The notes: generated by a model from the letters alone, not told the origin. A stretch of DNA of 64,000 nt from Candidatus Latescibacterota bacterium (GCA_965208105.1 OZ242318.1:256001-320000); one strand, 5' to 3'; positions 30,354 through 40,602 are shown, counted from the first letter of the stretch. Made by a program: numbers and translations.

Positions 30354-30683
30354 TTGCCTGAATTCATCACTTTCAAACGTTGGGCGCTTAGAGAAGGGCG
30401 ACAAGAGTCGGAACTGGTCAACCTCGTCCATGAAGAGATCATTCCCCACTTCCAGAAACTGCCCGGCTGCCTCAAGCTTGGACTGCTGCATATTGCGGGT
30501 ACTCGGGCTTACCTTGCTCTCCAACATTGGAAAGACCACAACACTTGGCATACAACTATCGAGTCCGACTATTACGAATCTTGGTTTGAAGCGTATAAGC
30601 CAACGCTTGAACGCTGGGATGAGCTCATGATCTTCGAAGAAGAATGGCAAAGTGAAAATTTATTGGACACAGGGAGCGGCTAG
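30354..30683 (+). CDS. small protein, possibly ABM-like dimeric alpha-beta barrel
   Basis: 109 aa; IIPHFQKLPGC...LQHW pattern. TTG start uncertain. Confidence 0.55.
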   Translation: MPEFITFKRWALREGRQESELVNLVHEEIIPHFQKLPGCLKLGLLHIAGTRAYLALQHWKDHNTWHTTIESDYYESWFEAYKPTLERWDELMIFEEEWQSENLLDTGSG

Positions 30684-30821
30684 CAATACGATATAGCTTT
30701 GCGGAGCTGTGGCCCCTTCGGCTGCGGCAATCTGCTTTCCAGGTTCGGCAACCGGAATAACATTAAAGGATTTGATGGGCCGGAAATCCCTCTTGCGTTC
30801 ACAGATAAGAAGGGGACCGTA

Positions 30822-31466
30822 TTGAATAGGGATGCCGAGGTCAAGCGGGTGCGATGGGTAATCGAGCGATTGGTTCATGACGGATCTATCGTTGCGGCCT
30901 CTGACGGCACCCAGCATAATATTTTTCCTGTTGCGGTGAGTTCCAAGGAGTGCGAGTCACTCCGGGACTGGGTATCTCGAGAAAACGCGACACGAACCAT
31001 CGAGGTCGGCCTGGGGTACGGAATGTCTGCACTACACATTTGTGAAGGCCTGCTTCTGAACGGCGACACGGCCGCCAGGCATGTTGTGCTCGATCCCAGT
31101 CAGTCGGGGCGATTTGGCGACTGCGGGTTGCAGGTTCTCGAGAAGGCGGGTGTTAGACACCTCGTGGAACACCACGCCGAGGAGTCCCAGATTGTGCTTC
31201 CACGGTTTTTGGAGGAAGGTCGGAGCTTCGATCTCGGGTTTGTCGACGGCAACCACCGCTTCGATAGAGTCTTCCTGGATCTGTACTACCTTGGGCATCT
31301 CGTACGCAAGAGTGGAATAATCATCCTGGACGACTACATCTGGCCCGGAATTAAACGGGCTGTGTCATTCTTCCTGACCAATTTGAACTGGAAGATCGAG
31401 GAAACGAACGAGGAGGGTCACCAGGCGGTTCTACGAACCGCTGAAGAGGACGACGATCGAGAATGA
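30822..31466 (+). CDS. class I SAM-dependent methyltransferase (Methyltransf_24-like)
   Basis: IEVGLGYGMS, FVDGNH.FD, ILDD. Start uncertain; C-terminus may be clipped by TGA. Confidence 0.8.
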   Translation: MNRDAEVKRVRWVIERLVHDGSIVAASDGTQHNIFPVAVSSKECESLRDWVSRENATRTIEVGLGYGMSALHICEGLLLNGDTAARHVVLDPSQSGRFGDCGLQVLEKAGVRHLVEHHAEESQIVLPRFLEEGRSFDLGFVDGNHRFDRVFLDLYYLGHLVRKSGIIILDDYIWPGIKRAVSFFLTNLNWKIEETNEEGHQAVLRTAEEDDDRE

Positions 31467-31517
31467 AAATACTTCGTTGAATTTTAACAGGTGAGCCAGT
31501 CAGCGCAGTGTCACGTC

Positions 31518-31618
31518 ATATAACAGCCCGGTATTGCGCTGGGCAGCATGCGCCGCTTGGCCCTATCGGGCTACCCTCCTTTTCGCTCTGGGTTCGCAAA
31601 CCCTTAAACGTATTGCGC
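31518..31618 (+). repeat. degraded attC-like site
   Basis: ATATAAC ... AAACGTATTGCGC; both core boxes imperfect. Confidence 0.4.
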
Positions 31619-31647
31619 AAATTCTACTTCGATGAGGCAGAGGCAGC

Positions 31648-32562
31648 ATGAAGCTCACGGTCGCAACATGTCAATTCCCGGTTTCGAGCGACATCCGGAG
31701 CAACGCTAAGCATATCAGAAGACAGGTACGCGAAGCAAAAGACAAGGGTGCACACGTCGTTCAGTTTCCCGAGACATGTCTTTCAGGCTATGTAGGCGTT
31801 CACTTTTCGTCATACGACGATTTTGATTGGACGACTCTTTCCGAATGCACCGAGATGTTGCTGGAGGAGTATCGCGAGCAACAGATATGGGGCATACTGG
31901 GCTCTACCCACCGTTTGACCGGACGGCACAAGCCTCACAATTCACTCTACATAATCAACGATCAAGGCAAGCTGGTCGATCGATACGACAAGATGTTCTG
32001 CGCGGGAAAGACAAGTCAAAGCGGGGAACTGGCACACTTCAGCCCGGGAGATCACTTCACCACGTTCACGATAAAGGGGGTCAAGTGTGGCACACTCATT
32101 TGTCACGAATACCGCTACCCAGAGCTCTACAGGGAGTATAAACGACGGAAAGTCGACCTGGTCTTCCACTCTTATCACGCCGGTAACGTGACCCCTGAAA
32201 GGGGCCGGGTGTACAGGAAGCAGATCGGTGAGGAGTTTCTAAAGTTCAATGTGGGGGAGTCCCATGCTGCAATCACCATGCCCTCCACTATGATTGCCGC
32301 CGCCGCACAGAACCATGTTTGGATCAGCTGCAGCAATACGTCGGCCCGGGAGAGTTGTTTTGCGAGCTTCATTATTCGGCCGGACGCAGCCATTGTTGGT
32401 CGGTTGCGTCGCAATCTGGCGGGCGTTCTGATTACGGAGGTTGATACTGGCAAGTCGTATTATGACTCAACCAAGGCGTGGCGAAAGCGTGCGATGAACG
32501 GCCTTTTTCACAGCGGGACTCTCGTGACAGACCCACGATCGAGGGATCGCAAAGGAATTTGA
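31648..32562 (+). CDS. carbon-nitrogen hydrolase (nitrilase family)
   Basis: FPE, YDK, ICHE catalytic triad motifs. Confidence 0.9.
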   Translation: MKLTVATCQFPVSSDIRSNAKHIRRQVREAKDKGAHVVQFPETCLSGYVGVHFSSYDDFDWTTLSECTEMLLEEYREQQIWGILGSTHRLTGRHKPHNSLYIINDQGKLVDRYDKMFCAGKTSQSGELAHFSPGDHFTTFTIKGVKCGTLICHEYRYPELYREYKRRKVDLVFHSYHAGNVTPERGRVYRKQIGEEFLKFNVGESHAAITMPSTMIAAAAQNHVWISCSNTSARESCFASFIIRPDAAIVGRLRRNLAGVLITEVDTGKSYYDSTKAWRKRAMNGLFHSGTLVTDPRSRDRKGI

Positions 32563-32581
32563 AGTCGCTGAGGAAAAAACA

Positions 32582-32667
32582 GCGCATACCAGGTCCGCGT
32601 CCGGCTTCAGGCTTGCTCCCTTCGCGCAAATGCTACGCGGTTCGGGCACGGGGGAAACGTTAAGCGC
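32582..32667 (+). repeat. degraded attC-like site
   Basis: GCGCATACC ... GTTAAGCGC (GTTRRRY exact), near-complementary ends. Confidence 0.45.
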
Positions 32668-32679
32668 TCGTTCGGATTA

Positions 32680-32758
32680 GTCTACCAGACGAGATGTAAT
32701 CGAGGCAGTACGGATCGAAAGCCCGTGGCTTGGTCCGCGAGCAATGGTAAGGTTAGAC
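32680..32758 (-). repeat. attC-like site downstream of the rhodanese gene
   Basis: Minus strand GTCTAAC (RYYYAAC containing the TAA stop) ... GGTAGAC. Confidence 0.45.
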
Positions 32759-33133
32759 ACTTCCTATTACACGTCCCTGCCCGGCTTCGGTCGGATATCC
32801 ATCCCTCTTCCACCAGTCCAGACCTCCCATCAGCTCCTTAACCCGAAATCCTAACCGGGCCATATTCAACGCCCCCTTGGTCGATGCATTGCAGCCGATG
32901 CCGTCGCAGTAGGTGACGTAAAGCGCCTCTCGGTCCAAATGGGCGGTCGCTTCTTCGCTCATGGTGCGGTGGGGGATATTGACCGCACCGGGTATATGCT
33001 CCTGCGCAAATGCTTCGGGAGACCTCGCATCGATTACCACCACGTTTTCCCCTTTCTCGATGGCTTCGTTGAGATCCCACGAGTCCGTTTCATAGCTCAG
33101 TTTATCCTGGTAGTGTCGGGTTTGCTCGTTCAT
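32753..33133 (-). CDS. rhodanese-like domain protein
   Basis: IDAR, HIPGA, YCDGIGCNAS, GGLDWW. Confidence 0.9.
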   Translation of the reverse strand: MNEQTRHYQDKLSYETDSWDLNEAIEKGENVVVIDARSPEAFAQEHIPGAVNIPHRTMSEEATAHLDREALYVTYCDGIGCNASTKGALNMARLGFRVKELMGGLDWWKRDGYPTEAGQGRVIGSV

Positions 33134-33261
33134 TCTTTTTCCTCTGTTGTCTAGTAAACTTCATTGGATATGATTTTGGCCTGACCGGTGCCGTGAAGGA
33201 AAATATCGTTCAGGCGGATTCTGTCGACTCGCCGCCTTCAGCCGAGAGCCATCTGCAGACC

Positions 33262-34821
33262 TCACCCGCCCGGATGCGCCCAGTCCGGCAGCACTCCCGG
33301 TTCGATCCCGAAGAGCAGCGGGCCCATGGCGCGGAAGACCAGGGTGATCACCACCGCGCCCACAATGTTGAGGACGATGCCGACCCGCGCCATCTCCGAG
33401 ATTTTGACGCGGTCGCTGCCGAATACCACCGCGTTGGGGGGCGTGGCCACCGGCATCATGAAGGCGCAGGAGGCCGACAGGGTGGCCGGGATCATCAGCA
33501 GCAGGGGGTGAACCCCGGTGGACACGGCGACGGCGGCGAAGATGGGCAGCACCATCTCGGTGGTTGCCGTGTTCGAGGTGAGTTCGGTGAGAAAGGTGAT
33601 CGCCAGGCAGATGAGGAGGACGAGGAGGACGGGCGGCACCGCGCCCAGCCCGTCGAACCCTTCGCCGATGAAGCGGGCAAGTCCCGTGGTCCGGAATCCG
33701 TGGGCCAGGGCGAATCCTCCACCGAAGAGCAGCACGATGTTCCACGGCAGCCGGCGCACCACGTCGGGCCCCATCACCGTCCTGGATTGGGCGCCTGGAG
33801 ACCGGGCGGGAATCAGGAAGAGGATGGCGGCCATGGCGATGGCCACGGTTCCGTCGTCGATCAGGTGGCCGAAGGGAAGGAGGGTGGACCAGCCGGGGAT
33901 GGTGAGTCCGCCGATGGCGATGGGCGCGCGAAAGACCCAGAGCACCGCGGTCAGGCCGAAAACCGCGAGGACCGCTTTTTCCTCGAAGCCGATGGCGCCG
34001 AGCTTGCGCATCTCCGACTCCACCACGCTCCGGTCGACGGCGACCCCGCTGGATATGCGGAAGAAGACCTGGGTGATCAGGGCCCAGGCGCAGGCGAGCA
34101 GCAGAGCCGAGATGGGAGCGGCCATGACGAACCAAACCCCGAAGGACAGGGGCGGCGCTTCGGGGAAGGTGATCTGGAAGATGCGCTCCAGGGAGAGGTT
34201 GGGCGGAGTGCCCACCAGGGTGGCGATGCCCCCGGCCGAGCAGGCGTAGGCGATCCCCAGCATGACGGCCACCGAGAACGGCCGGGTGTGCTCTCTGCCG
34301 AACTGCTCCTCCATCCTCAAAATCACCGCCAGGCCCACCGGAATCATCATGATCGCAGTGGCGGTGTTGGAGATCCACATGGAGAGCAGGGCGGAGGCGA
34401 GCATGAACCCCAGCACGATGCGCGCCGGCCCCCCGCCCACGGCGCGGATGACCCAGAGGGCGATGCGGCGGTGGACGTTCCACTTCTCCATGGTCAGGGC
34501 GATCATGAAGCCGCCCAGGAAGAGGACGATGGTGCTGTTGAAATAGATGGGAGCGGTGGACCCGGTGCGCTCGATGCCCAGCAGCGGAAAGAGGAACAGG
34601 GGGAGCAGGGCGGTGGCGAAGAGGGGAATGGCGTCGGTGATCCACCAGGCGGCCATGAGCACGGCAAGGGCCGCCATGCGGGTGACCTCCGGCCTGCCCG
34701 GCTCCAGGTCGAGAATCAGGGTAAGCGCGAACAGGATGGGTCCGAGCCACAGGCCGATGCGCTGGCCCCGCGACCGGGGCTCCGCGGAAGTCGGCGGTGG
34801 ATGATTGGGTGTAGTGGTCAT
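33262..34821 (-). CDS. SLC13/DASS family sodium:dicarboxylate/sulfate symporter
   Basis: WISNTAT, GTPPN, ELTSNTAT, PVATPPN. Confidence 0.92.
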   Translation of the reverse strand: MTTTPNHPPPTSAEPRSRGQRIGLWLGPILFALTLILDLEPGRPEVTRMAALAVLMAAWWITDAIPLFATALLPLFLFPLLGIERTGSTAPIYFNSTIVLFLGGFMIALTMEKWNVHRRIALWVIRAVGGGPARIVLGFMLASALLSMWISNTATAIMMIPVGLAVILRMEEQFGREHTRPFSVAVMLGIAYACSAGGIATLVGTPPNLSLERIFQITFPEAPPLSFGVWFVMAAPISALLLACAWALITQVFFRISSGVAVDRSVVESEMRKLGAIGFEEKAVLAVFGLTAVLWVFRAPIAIGGLTIPGWSTLLPFGHLIDDGTVAIAMAAILFLIPARSPGAQSRTVMGPDVVRRLPWNIVLLFGGGFALAHGFRTTGLARFIGEGFDGLGAVPPVLLVLLICLAITFLTELTSNTATTEMVLPIFAAVAVSTGVHPLLLMIPATLSASCAFMMPVATPPNAVVFGSDRVKISEMARVGIVLNIVGAVVITLVFRAMGPLLFGIEPGVLPDWAHPGG

Positions 34822-34896
34822 TGGGTTTGTCGACTTCTCTCTGGACTGAAATTACGGCCTAGGCCACCCCACGATCTTCCAGGAAAAGAAGAGGAC

Positions 34897-35889
34897 TCAT
34901 CGGACCAGGTGTCCGAAGCGGTTCCAACGGACGGAAAATCCATCCTGGACCGAAAGATACACGATCCCCGCCTTGGCGCGCAGGGAGGAGCGTGGAACCG
35001 GACCGTGAGTGCGGCTGTCGGAACTGCTGTCCCGGTTATCGCCTAGAAGGAAATAGTGGCCCCGTGGGACTTCGATCGGGTCCGCAATGTCCATCCAGGC
35101 ATGTCGAGGCCCTCGGTAGACGCCCGGATCACCTGGCAAAGGCTTCCCGTCGATGTATAGGACGGTGTCGCGCAAGGAGATCTGTTCCTCCGGCAGCGCC
35201 ATGATCCGCTGCGCCAGCATCTTCCCCGGTTCCTTCGGGTGTTCGTAAACGACAATGTCTCCTCGGCTCGGCTCGAAGGTACGGGCCCATCGCCTATCGG
35301 TTGTGATGTTGTCACCTTTCAGCAGGGCAGGCTCCATGGAAGTGGACGGAATTTTGAAACTCTCGATGTGGTTCTTGATCTGATGGTGCATTTTTTCGAT
35401 GACCACGAACTCGAACCAGGCCGTGAATGCCAGGACGGCCAGGGCGATGGGCAACTCGAATCGCAACTGAGGTCTGATACGAGTGGCGCAGGTTCCGCTG
35501 ATCAGGTCGTGAAGGCCTCGCTTTCCTTGCGTGAACGGGATTAGAAGAAATGATATCCCAAGTACCAAAAAGTCGGCGAGGGTGCGAAGCAGACTTCGGC
35601 CAAAGGAAACAGGCCGCAGCTTCCGGTCCACCACGGCCAGACCGAAAAGGCTCTTACCCGGCGACTGCCGGCCTTGAGCATTGAGATACGCCAGACCTGA
35701 GATGTTGGCGGCCAAGCTCCCCGGGAACCACACAAACAGGAAAAGCTGCAGAAGCGCTTCCGTGCTCAACCTCGCGCCGAGGTGAAGGAACAGTAGCAGG
35801 AGAGCGGAAGTTGTGAAGGTCAATCCCAACGAGTCGACCAGGGCACTGGCGAGGCGAACCCAGAAACCTGGAGGATTTTCTGGCACCAT
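34897..35889 (-). CDS. lepB: RDD domain fused to signal peptidase I (S26) domain; catalytic Lys replaced by Gln
   Basis: GFWVRLASALVD, QSPGK, RGLHDLISGT (RDD); IPSTSMEP, RGDIVV, GDNRDSSSDSR (S26). Start may be 35922. Confidence 0.82.
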   Translation of the reverse strand: MVPENPPGFWVRLASALVDSLGLTFTTSALLLLFLHLGARLSTEALLQLFLFVWFPGSLAANISGLAYLNAQGRQSPGKSLFGLAVVDRKLRPVSFGRSLLRTLADFLVLGISFLLIPFTQGKRGLHDLISGTCATRIRPQLRFELPIALAVLAFTAWFEFVVIEKMHHQIKNHIESFKIPSTSMEPALLKGDNITTDRRWARTFEPSRGDIVVYEHPKEPGKMLAQRIMALPEEQISLRDTVLYIDGKPLPGDPGVYRGPRHAWMDIADPIEVPRGHYFLLGDNRDSSSDSRTHGPVPRSSLRAKAGIVYLSVQDGFSVRWNRFGHLVR

Positions 35890-35930
35890 AACCTGATCCT
35901 GGCCACACCCACGTACGATCATAAGGCGTA

Positions 35931-37418
35931 TTACTGTGTGCTCAGGTCGGCGAGTACCTCGCGGAAGCTGTTGAGACCTGCCTCCAGGTTCTCGATGATC
36001 TCTTCGGCGAGCTCGTCGGGCTCAGGAAGGTTGTCCAGGTCTGTCAGGCTTTCGTCCTTGAGCCAGAAGATGTCGAGACTGGTCTTGTCGCGTGCGCTGA
36101 TCTCCTCGTAGCTGTAGCTGCGCCAACGGTCTTCCGGTGCGTCGTTTTCGTCCCAAGTCGCCTTGCGCTGATGCCGGTTCTGCGGGTTATAGCAGTTGAT
36201 GAAGTCCGACAGGTTCTCGAAGCGCATCGGGTTCTTCTTCAGCGTATGGTGAATATTAGTGCGGTAGTCGTAGTACCAGACCTGCTTCGTCCAGGGGTTC
36301 GGGCTGGCTTCGTGGTTGTCGAAGAAGATCACATTGGCCTTGACCCCTTGCGCGTAGAACACGCCGGTCGGCAAGCGCAGGATGGTGTGCAGGTCGGTGT
36401 TGTCCAGCAGCTTTTTGCGGATTGTCTCACCGGCACCACCTTCGAACAGCACGTTGTCGGGAACGACGACGGCAGCGCGGCCAGTGGTTTTGAGCATCGT
36501 GTGGATGTGCTGCACGAAATTGAGTTGTTTGTTCGAGGTCGTCGCCCAGAAGTCCTGCCGGTTGTAGGTGAGGTCGTCTTTCTCCTGTTCGCCCTCCTCG
36601 TTCGTGAAGCTCATTGAGCTTTTCTTGCCGAAAGGCGGATTTGCGAGCACATAATCAAAGCGCTCGCCGGCATCGGCCACGAGCGAATCGTTTGGCGATA
36701 TGGATACGCCGCCGTCGATCTCGCCAATGTTGTGCAGGAACATGTTCATCAGGCACAGACGGCGTGTATTGGCGACGATCTCGTTGCCGTGAAACGCCTC
36801 GTGCTTCAGGAACGCCTTCTGATTTCTGTCCAGGTTGAAGTTGTGCGGGTTGGTGATGAAGTCGTAGGCGGCGAGAAAGAAACCGCCTGTACCGCAGGCC
36901 GGGTCGGCGATGAGCGTGCCCGGTTCGGGGCGGACGCATTCGACCATAGCGCGGATGAGGGCGCGCGGAGTGAAATACTGGCCTGCGCCTGACTTGGTAT
37001 CTTCGGCGTTCTTTTCAAGAAGTCCTTCGTAAATATCTCCTTTTACATCGGCACCCATGGTCACCCATTCGGTGTCGTCTACCATGTTGATGAGGCGGAA
37101 CAGCCTTGCCGGGTCCTGGATCTTGTTCTGGGCCTTGGTAAAGATCTGGCCTAACATGTCCGTCTTAGTGCCATGCTCGCGAAGCAAGGTGACGTAGTGG
37201 TTTTCGAGCTCCGCACCGTTCTTTGATTTCAGGCTCTGCCAGTTGAATTCGGCTGGGATGCCGACATCGCGGTTGTACGGCGGTTTGGCGTATTCATCGG
37301 CCATCTTGAGGAAGATCAAATAGGTGAGTTGCTCCAGGTAGTCGCCATAGCTCACCCCGTCATCTCGCAGGGTGGTGCAGAAGCTCCAGACTTTGGAGAC
37401 GATGGGAGCGGTGTTCAT
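35931..37418 (-). CDS. hsdM: type I R-M methyltransferase subunit
   Basis: GQYFTP, DPACGTGGF, NPPF motifs. Confidence 0.95.
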   Translation of the reverse strand: MNTAPIVSKVWSFCTTLRDDGVSYGDYLEQLTYLIFLKMADEYAKPPYNRDVGIPAEFNWQSLKSKNGAELENHYVTLLREHGTKTDMLGQIFTKAQNKIQDPARLFRLINMVDDTEWVTMGADVKGDIYEGLLEKNAEDTKSGAGQYFTPRALIRAMVECVRPEPGTLIADPACGTGGFFLAAYDFITNPHNFNLDRNQKAFLKHEAFHGNEIVANTRRLCLMNMFLHNIGEIDGGVSISPNDSLVADAGERFDYVLANPPFGKKSSMSFTNEEGEQEKDDLTYNRQDFWATTSNKQLNFVQHIHTMLKTTGRAAVVVPDNVLFEGGAGETIRKKLLDNTDLHTILRLPTGVFYAQGVKANVIFFDNHEASPNPWTKQVWYYDYRTNIHHTLKKNPMRFENLSDFINCYNPQNRHQRKATWDENDAPEDRWRSYSYEEISARDKTSLDIFWLKDESLTDLDNLPEPDELAEEIIENLEAGLNSFREVLADLSTQ

Positions 37419-39022
37419 GTGGGGGCATCTCTTGTCTTGAGTCGCACAGCCAAAGCCTCGCCGCCGGCAGTTCGGCGATAGCGCTGGTGGCGACTTTGTG
37501 GTTTGTCAGGGAGGGTCATTTCGATCAGACCAGCCTTGAGGGCGGGGCCAAGGTATGCTTCCACGAAGTGAGGCCGGTTACTTATGCCCAGGATGTCCTG
37601 TAGCTGAGGACGGTTCATTTCCCCCGTGAGGATTGAGATCAGGCGTTCAACATGTTCTGTGACATGTATGGTCTCATGTACGGTATCTTGTTGGGTGTCC
37701 TGACTTTTCTCCTTATTTTCCAATGACTTATCTTGTTCGGTCTCATGTTCGGTCGCGGCAAGAAAAGCCCGTTCATGTACTGGCAATCGCACCAGAAACC
37801 AAGTTCGGTTCTCATCGCTTTCGAAGATGGGTTCCGGTGAGCCGTTCTGCAGCATGGCCCGGAAGATCTTCGGCACCCCGGTTGAGCGCGCCTCGGCGAG
37901 GTCGAGTTCTTTCAGAAACTCGCCAATTCGCCGGTTCCGGTAGCGCCTGCTCACGGCCTGCCCCTTCTTGAAGTCATCCATACGGATGGAGCGGTCCGCA
38001 CCGGGATAACTCAAGACCAGCAACTCTTCGCGGGTGATCCGAACTTCAACCGGCTCCCGCTCCTCGTATGAGCGATGGTAGATGGCGTTTACCAAGACCT
38101 CTTCGATAGCGCCGATGGGGAAATTCCAGAATCGCTCGGCCTCCGGCATGTGGGGATACTTGACGACGGTCTCCTTCAGGTAGTTCCGCTCAATGTAACT
38201 GATGGCCTCGCCGAGAATGATGGACAACGGCCCGCGGAACTCCTTCTCCTCGAACTGATCGCCGCCCGGCCCATCGGGAAACCACACAACATCGATCTGG
38301 GTGGCCGGAAAAAACCTGTCTGGCCGCTCGTTGAAGAACAGCAGACCGACGTTCTTCGGGAACATCGCCTCGGGCGGGCCGCCGACGATGTTCAGGCGCT
38401 TGCCCAAGTCCTCGACGGACAGGCCCTCTGCTTCCGATGCCAGTTCGCTGCCGATTTCCACGAGAAACTCACGGATCAGCCGGTGGGACAGGTCATCAAG
38501 CGAAGCAGTCTGGCGATAGCGGTCGTCAAAAGGTACTGTGGCCGCCAGGCTGAGCAGCTCACGCTCGTCCTGACCCTTGGCGCGAACCGTGCTGCTGTGT
38601 CTGCGAATGAAGTAGGCCCAATCGTTGCGCTCCGCACTCAGACTCACTTTGGCTTTGTAGGGACGGGTTTCGCCGCCGGGCACCCAGAGGACGAGGATGG
38701 TCCGGCCATCGACGTTGTAGGCAGCGGTGAGGGGATGGTAATGCGGCTGTATGGCGGCATGCCCCAGATTGAGCAGTTCCTTCTGTATCGCATCGACAGC
38801 ATCGGGTCTGATGCCCTTGGGCGGCAAAATTGGGCGGCCATTTTGTTCCTGGACGCCTAAGACCACGTAACCGCCGCCTAGATTGTGGAAGTCGTTGGCG
38901 AAGGCGCAGATGGTGTGCAGCACGCTCTGCGGATTCCAGCCAGCCTTGTACTCGATGCGTTCTCCTTCGATGGGGCGCTGGCGCAGCAGGTGGTCGATGT
39001 TGATGGGAAGTTTGCCGGTCAT
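37415..39022 (-). CDS. AlbA_2/Schlafen domain + HATPase_c_4-like domain + Fic-type C-terminal HTH
   Basis: IEYKAGW...ICAFAN...GGGYVVLGV; EVLVNAIYHRSY; RNRRIGEFLKELDLAE..STG; IEMTLPDKPQSRHQRY. Confidence 0.85.
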   Translation of the reverse strand: MTGKLPINIDHLLRQRPIEGERIEYKAGWNPQSVLHTICAFANDFHNLGGGYVVLGVQEQNGRPILPPKGIRPDAVDAIQKELLNLGHAAIQPHYHPLTAAYNVDGRTILVLWVPGGETRPYKAKVSLSAERNDWAYFIRRHSSTVRAKGQDERELLSLAATVPFDDRYRQTASLDDLSHRLIREFLVEIGSELASEAEGLSVEDLGKRLNIVGGPPEAMFPKNVGLLFFNERPDRFFPATQIDVVWFPDGPGGDQFEEKEFRGPLSIILGEAISYIERNYLKETVVKYPHMPEAERFWNFPIGAIEEVLVNAIYHRSYEEREPVEVRITREELLVLSYPGADRSIRMDDFKKGQAVSRRYRNRRIGEFLKELDLAEARSTGVPKIFRAMLQNGSPEPIFESDENRTWFLVRLPVHERAFLAATEHETEQDKSLENKEKSQDTQQDTVHETIHVTEHVERLISILTGEMNRPQLQDILGISNRPHFVEAYLGPALKAGLIEMTLPDKPQSRHQRYRRTAGGEALAVRLKTRDAPT

Positions 39023-40602
39023 GCTGTTGCTGTCGTGCGTCTGCGTTTTGCCCGCGTGTTGCTTTGAGACCGTGCAGCTTTTTCGGCTTTGATACGGTCA
39101 AGGAGGCTGGATGCAGGCTCGTCATCCGGGTCTTGCGGGACGAGCTTGCCGGAGAAGGCTTTTTTGAGGATGGATTGGCGGAGTGTCTCCGCCTGATTCA
39201 AGGCCGAATCGATCTCTCGCTCCTGCTGCTCGATCACCGCGAATCGCTCCTCCAACAGTCGGACAATTTCTTGCTGTTCGGCCAGAGAACAGAGTGGGAG
39301 CGCGATCTGAGCGAACTTGAATGCACCTAAGTGGTTGATTCCCACGCCGCCTGCAACTTGAGCAAATTTCCCGCTCACATAGAAGAAGCGATACAACCAA
39401 AACAGATAAACCGCATAGTCACGACAATATGGTTGATGTCTGATAACGGTGTTTTGAAAGCAGCAATTCGGGATCTGATCGTCCCAAATCGCTGGCTTTC
39501 CGACTTGCGCTGCGCTGCCGGATGCTTCGGACAGAACCAAATCACCCTTTTCCAGACGGTATGCGTTTAGGTCGTGAGGAAGGAAGTCCATGTCGAGAAC
39601 GTCGTCCAAATCCAAACCCTGTTCCGTAATGTTCGCAGCTCGGATGTACTTCGTGGGATAATCCTTAGACCTGTTCTTTGGAGAACGTTGTCGACCGAGT
39701 TGGACGATTCCTATAGACTCGGCGGTCAACCATAGCCAACCACTCGGCAGTGATTCTAGGTGAGCGATCTCGTCTTCTGCTATCGTTGAGACTGGCTTGG
39801 GCATTCTTGACCGTGCCGGCCCCTTGCCTGACCTACCGCTTTCCTCCCATTCCTTGACGGTGGCCTTCCACTCCTGAAGTTGCTGTCTGTAACGCGCTTC
39901 CCGCTCTTGCTTGATGCGAGCAAGTAATTGTCCGGGCGTCTCAAGCTTGTCTTTGTTCTCTTCGCGCCACTGGTCCGTGAGTTTGCCTTCGAAGGCGTGC
40001 TTGAGTACGGCTTGGCGATAGACGTTGAGCTGCGCGCGTGCGGTCTTCAGGCTCTCGACACCTTTGTCCAGTTCGGAAAACAGTTCCTCGATCTTGGCGG
40101 CGATGCGCCGCTGTTCGGCTATGGGAGCAAGAGGTATCGGAAGGTCGCCGAAGGCTCTACCAGATAGCTCCAAAAACGTCGTACCACTCGCACGTTTGCG
40201 CGCGTAGTCTCGTGAGGCCATCAAGTAGTAGTAGACATACTCATTGAAAATACCAGATGCAGGAATGAGGCTCTTGAAACCCTGGTTTGTGGCTAGCGGC
40301 TCCGAGCTGATGACGACGTAGCCGATTGGTGCGCGCGTGGAGAAGTGTACGCTACCGGCTGGCATCACCTTCGCCGAGCTATTCGAGAGGCCAATCTTGG
40401 AAATGCTCTTTGTCCCCCTCTTGATGGTCTTTGCCGAGAACCCCGTCAAGTCGGCTGGTGAAATCCAATTGATCTCATTTTTCCAATATGTCGGTTCTTT
40501 GGTTGACGGGGTTCCACCTGCGACGATGTCGCCGAGTGCTGATAGCTTGGTCCACACCCAGCTATTAGGTAGTGCCCATCGCGATTCTGGCTCACGACTC
40601 AC
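39019..40602 (-). CDS. hsdS: type I R-M specificity subunit
   Basis: LPNSWVW and LPSGWLW repeats, P..EQRRI / EQQEIV, RQAVLKHAFEGKL / RQSILKKAFSGKL. Confidence 0.93.
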   Translation of the reverse strand: MSREPESRWALPNSWVWTKLSALGDIVAGGTPSTKEPTYWKNEINWISPADLTGFSAKTIKRGTKSISKIGLSNSSAKVMPAGSVHFSTRAPIGYVVISSEPLATNQGFKSLIPASGIFNEYVYYYLMASRDYARKRASGTTFLELSGRAFGDLPIPLAPIAEQRRIAAKIEELFSELDKGVESLKTARAQLNVYRQAVLKHAFEGKLTDQWREENKDKLETPGQLLARIKQEREARYRQQLQEWKATVKEWEESGRSGKGPARSRMPKPVSTIAEDEIAHLESLPSGWLWLTAESIGIVQLGRQRSPKNRSKDYPTKYIRAANITEQGLDLDDVLDMDFLPHDLNAYRLEKGDLVLSEASGSAAQVGKPAIWDDQIPNCCFQNTVIRHQPYCRDYAVYLFWLYRFFYVSGKFAQVAGGVGINHLGAFKFAQIALPLCSLAEQQEIVRLLEERFAVIEQQEREIDSALNQAETLRQSILKKAFSGKLVPQDPDDEPASSLLDRIKAEKAARSQSNTRAKRRRTTATA

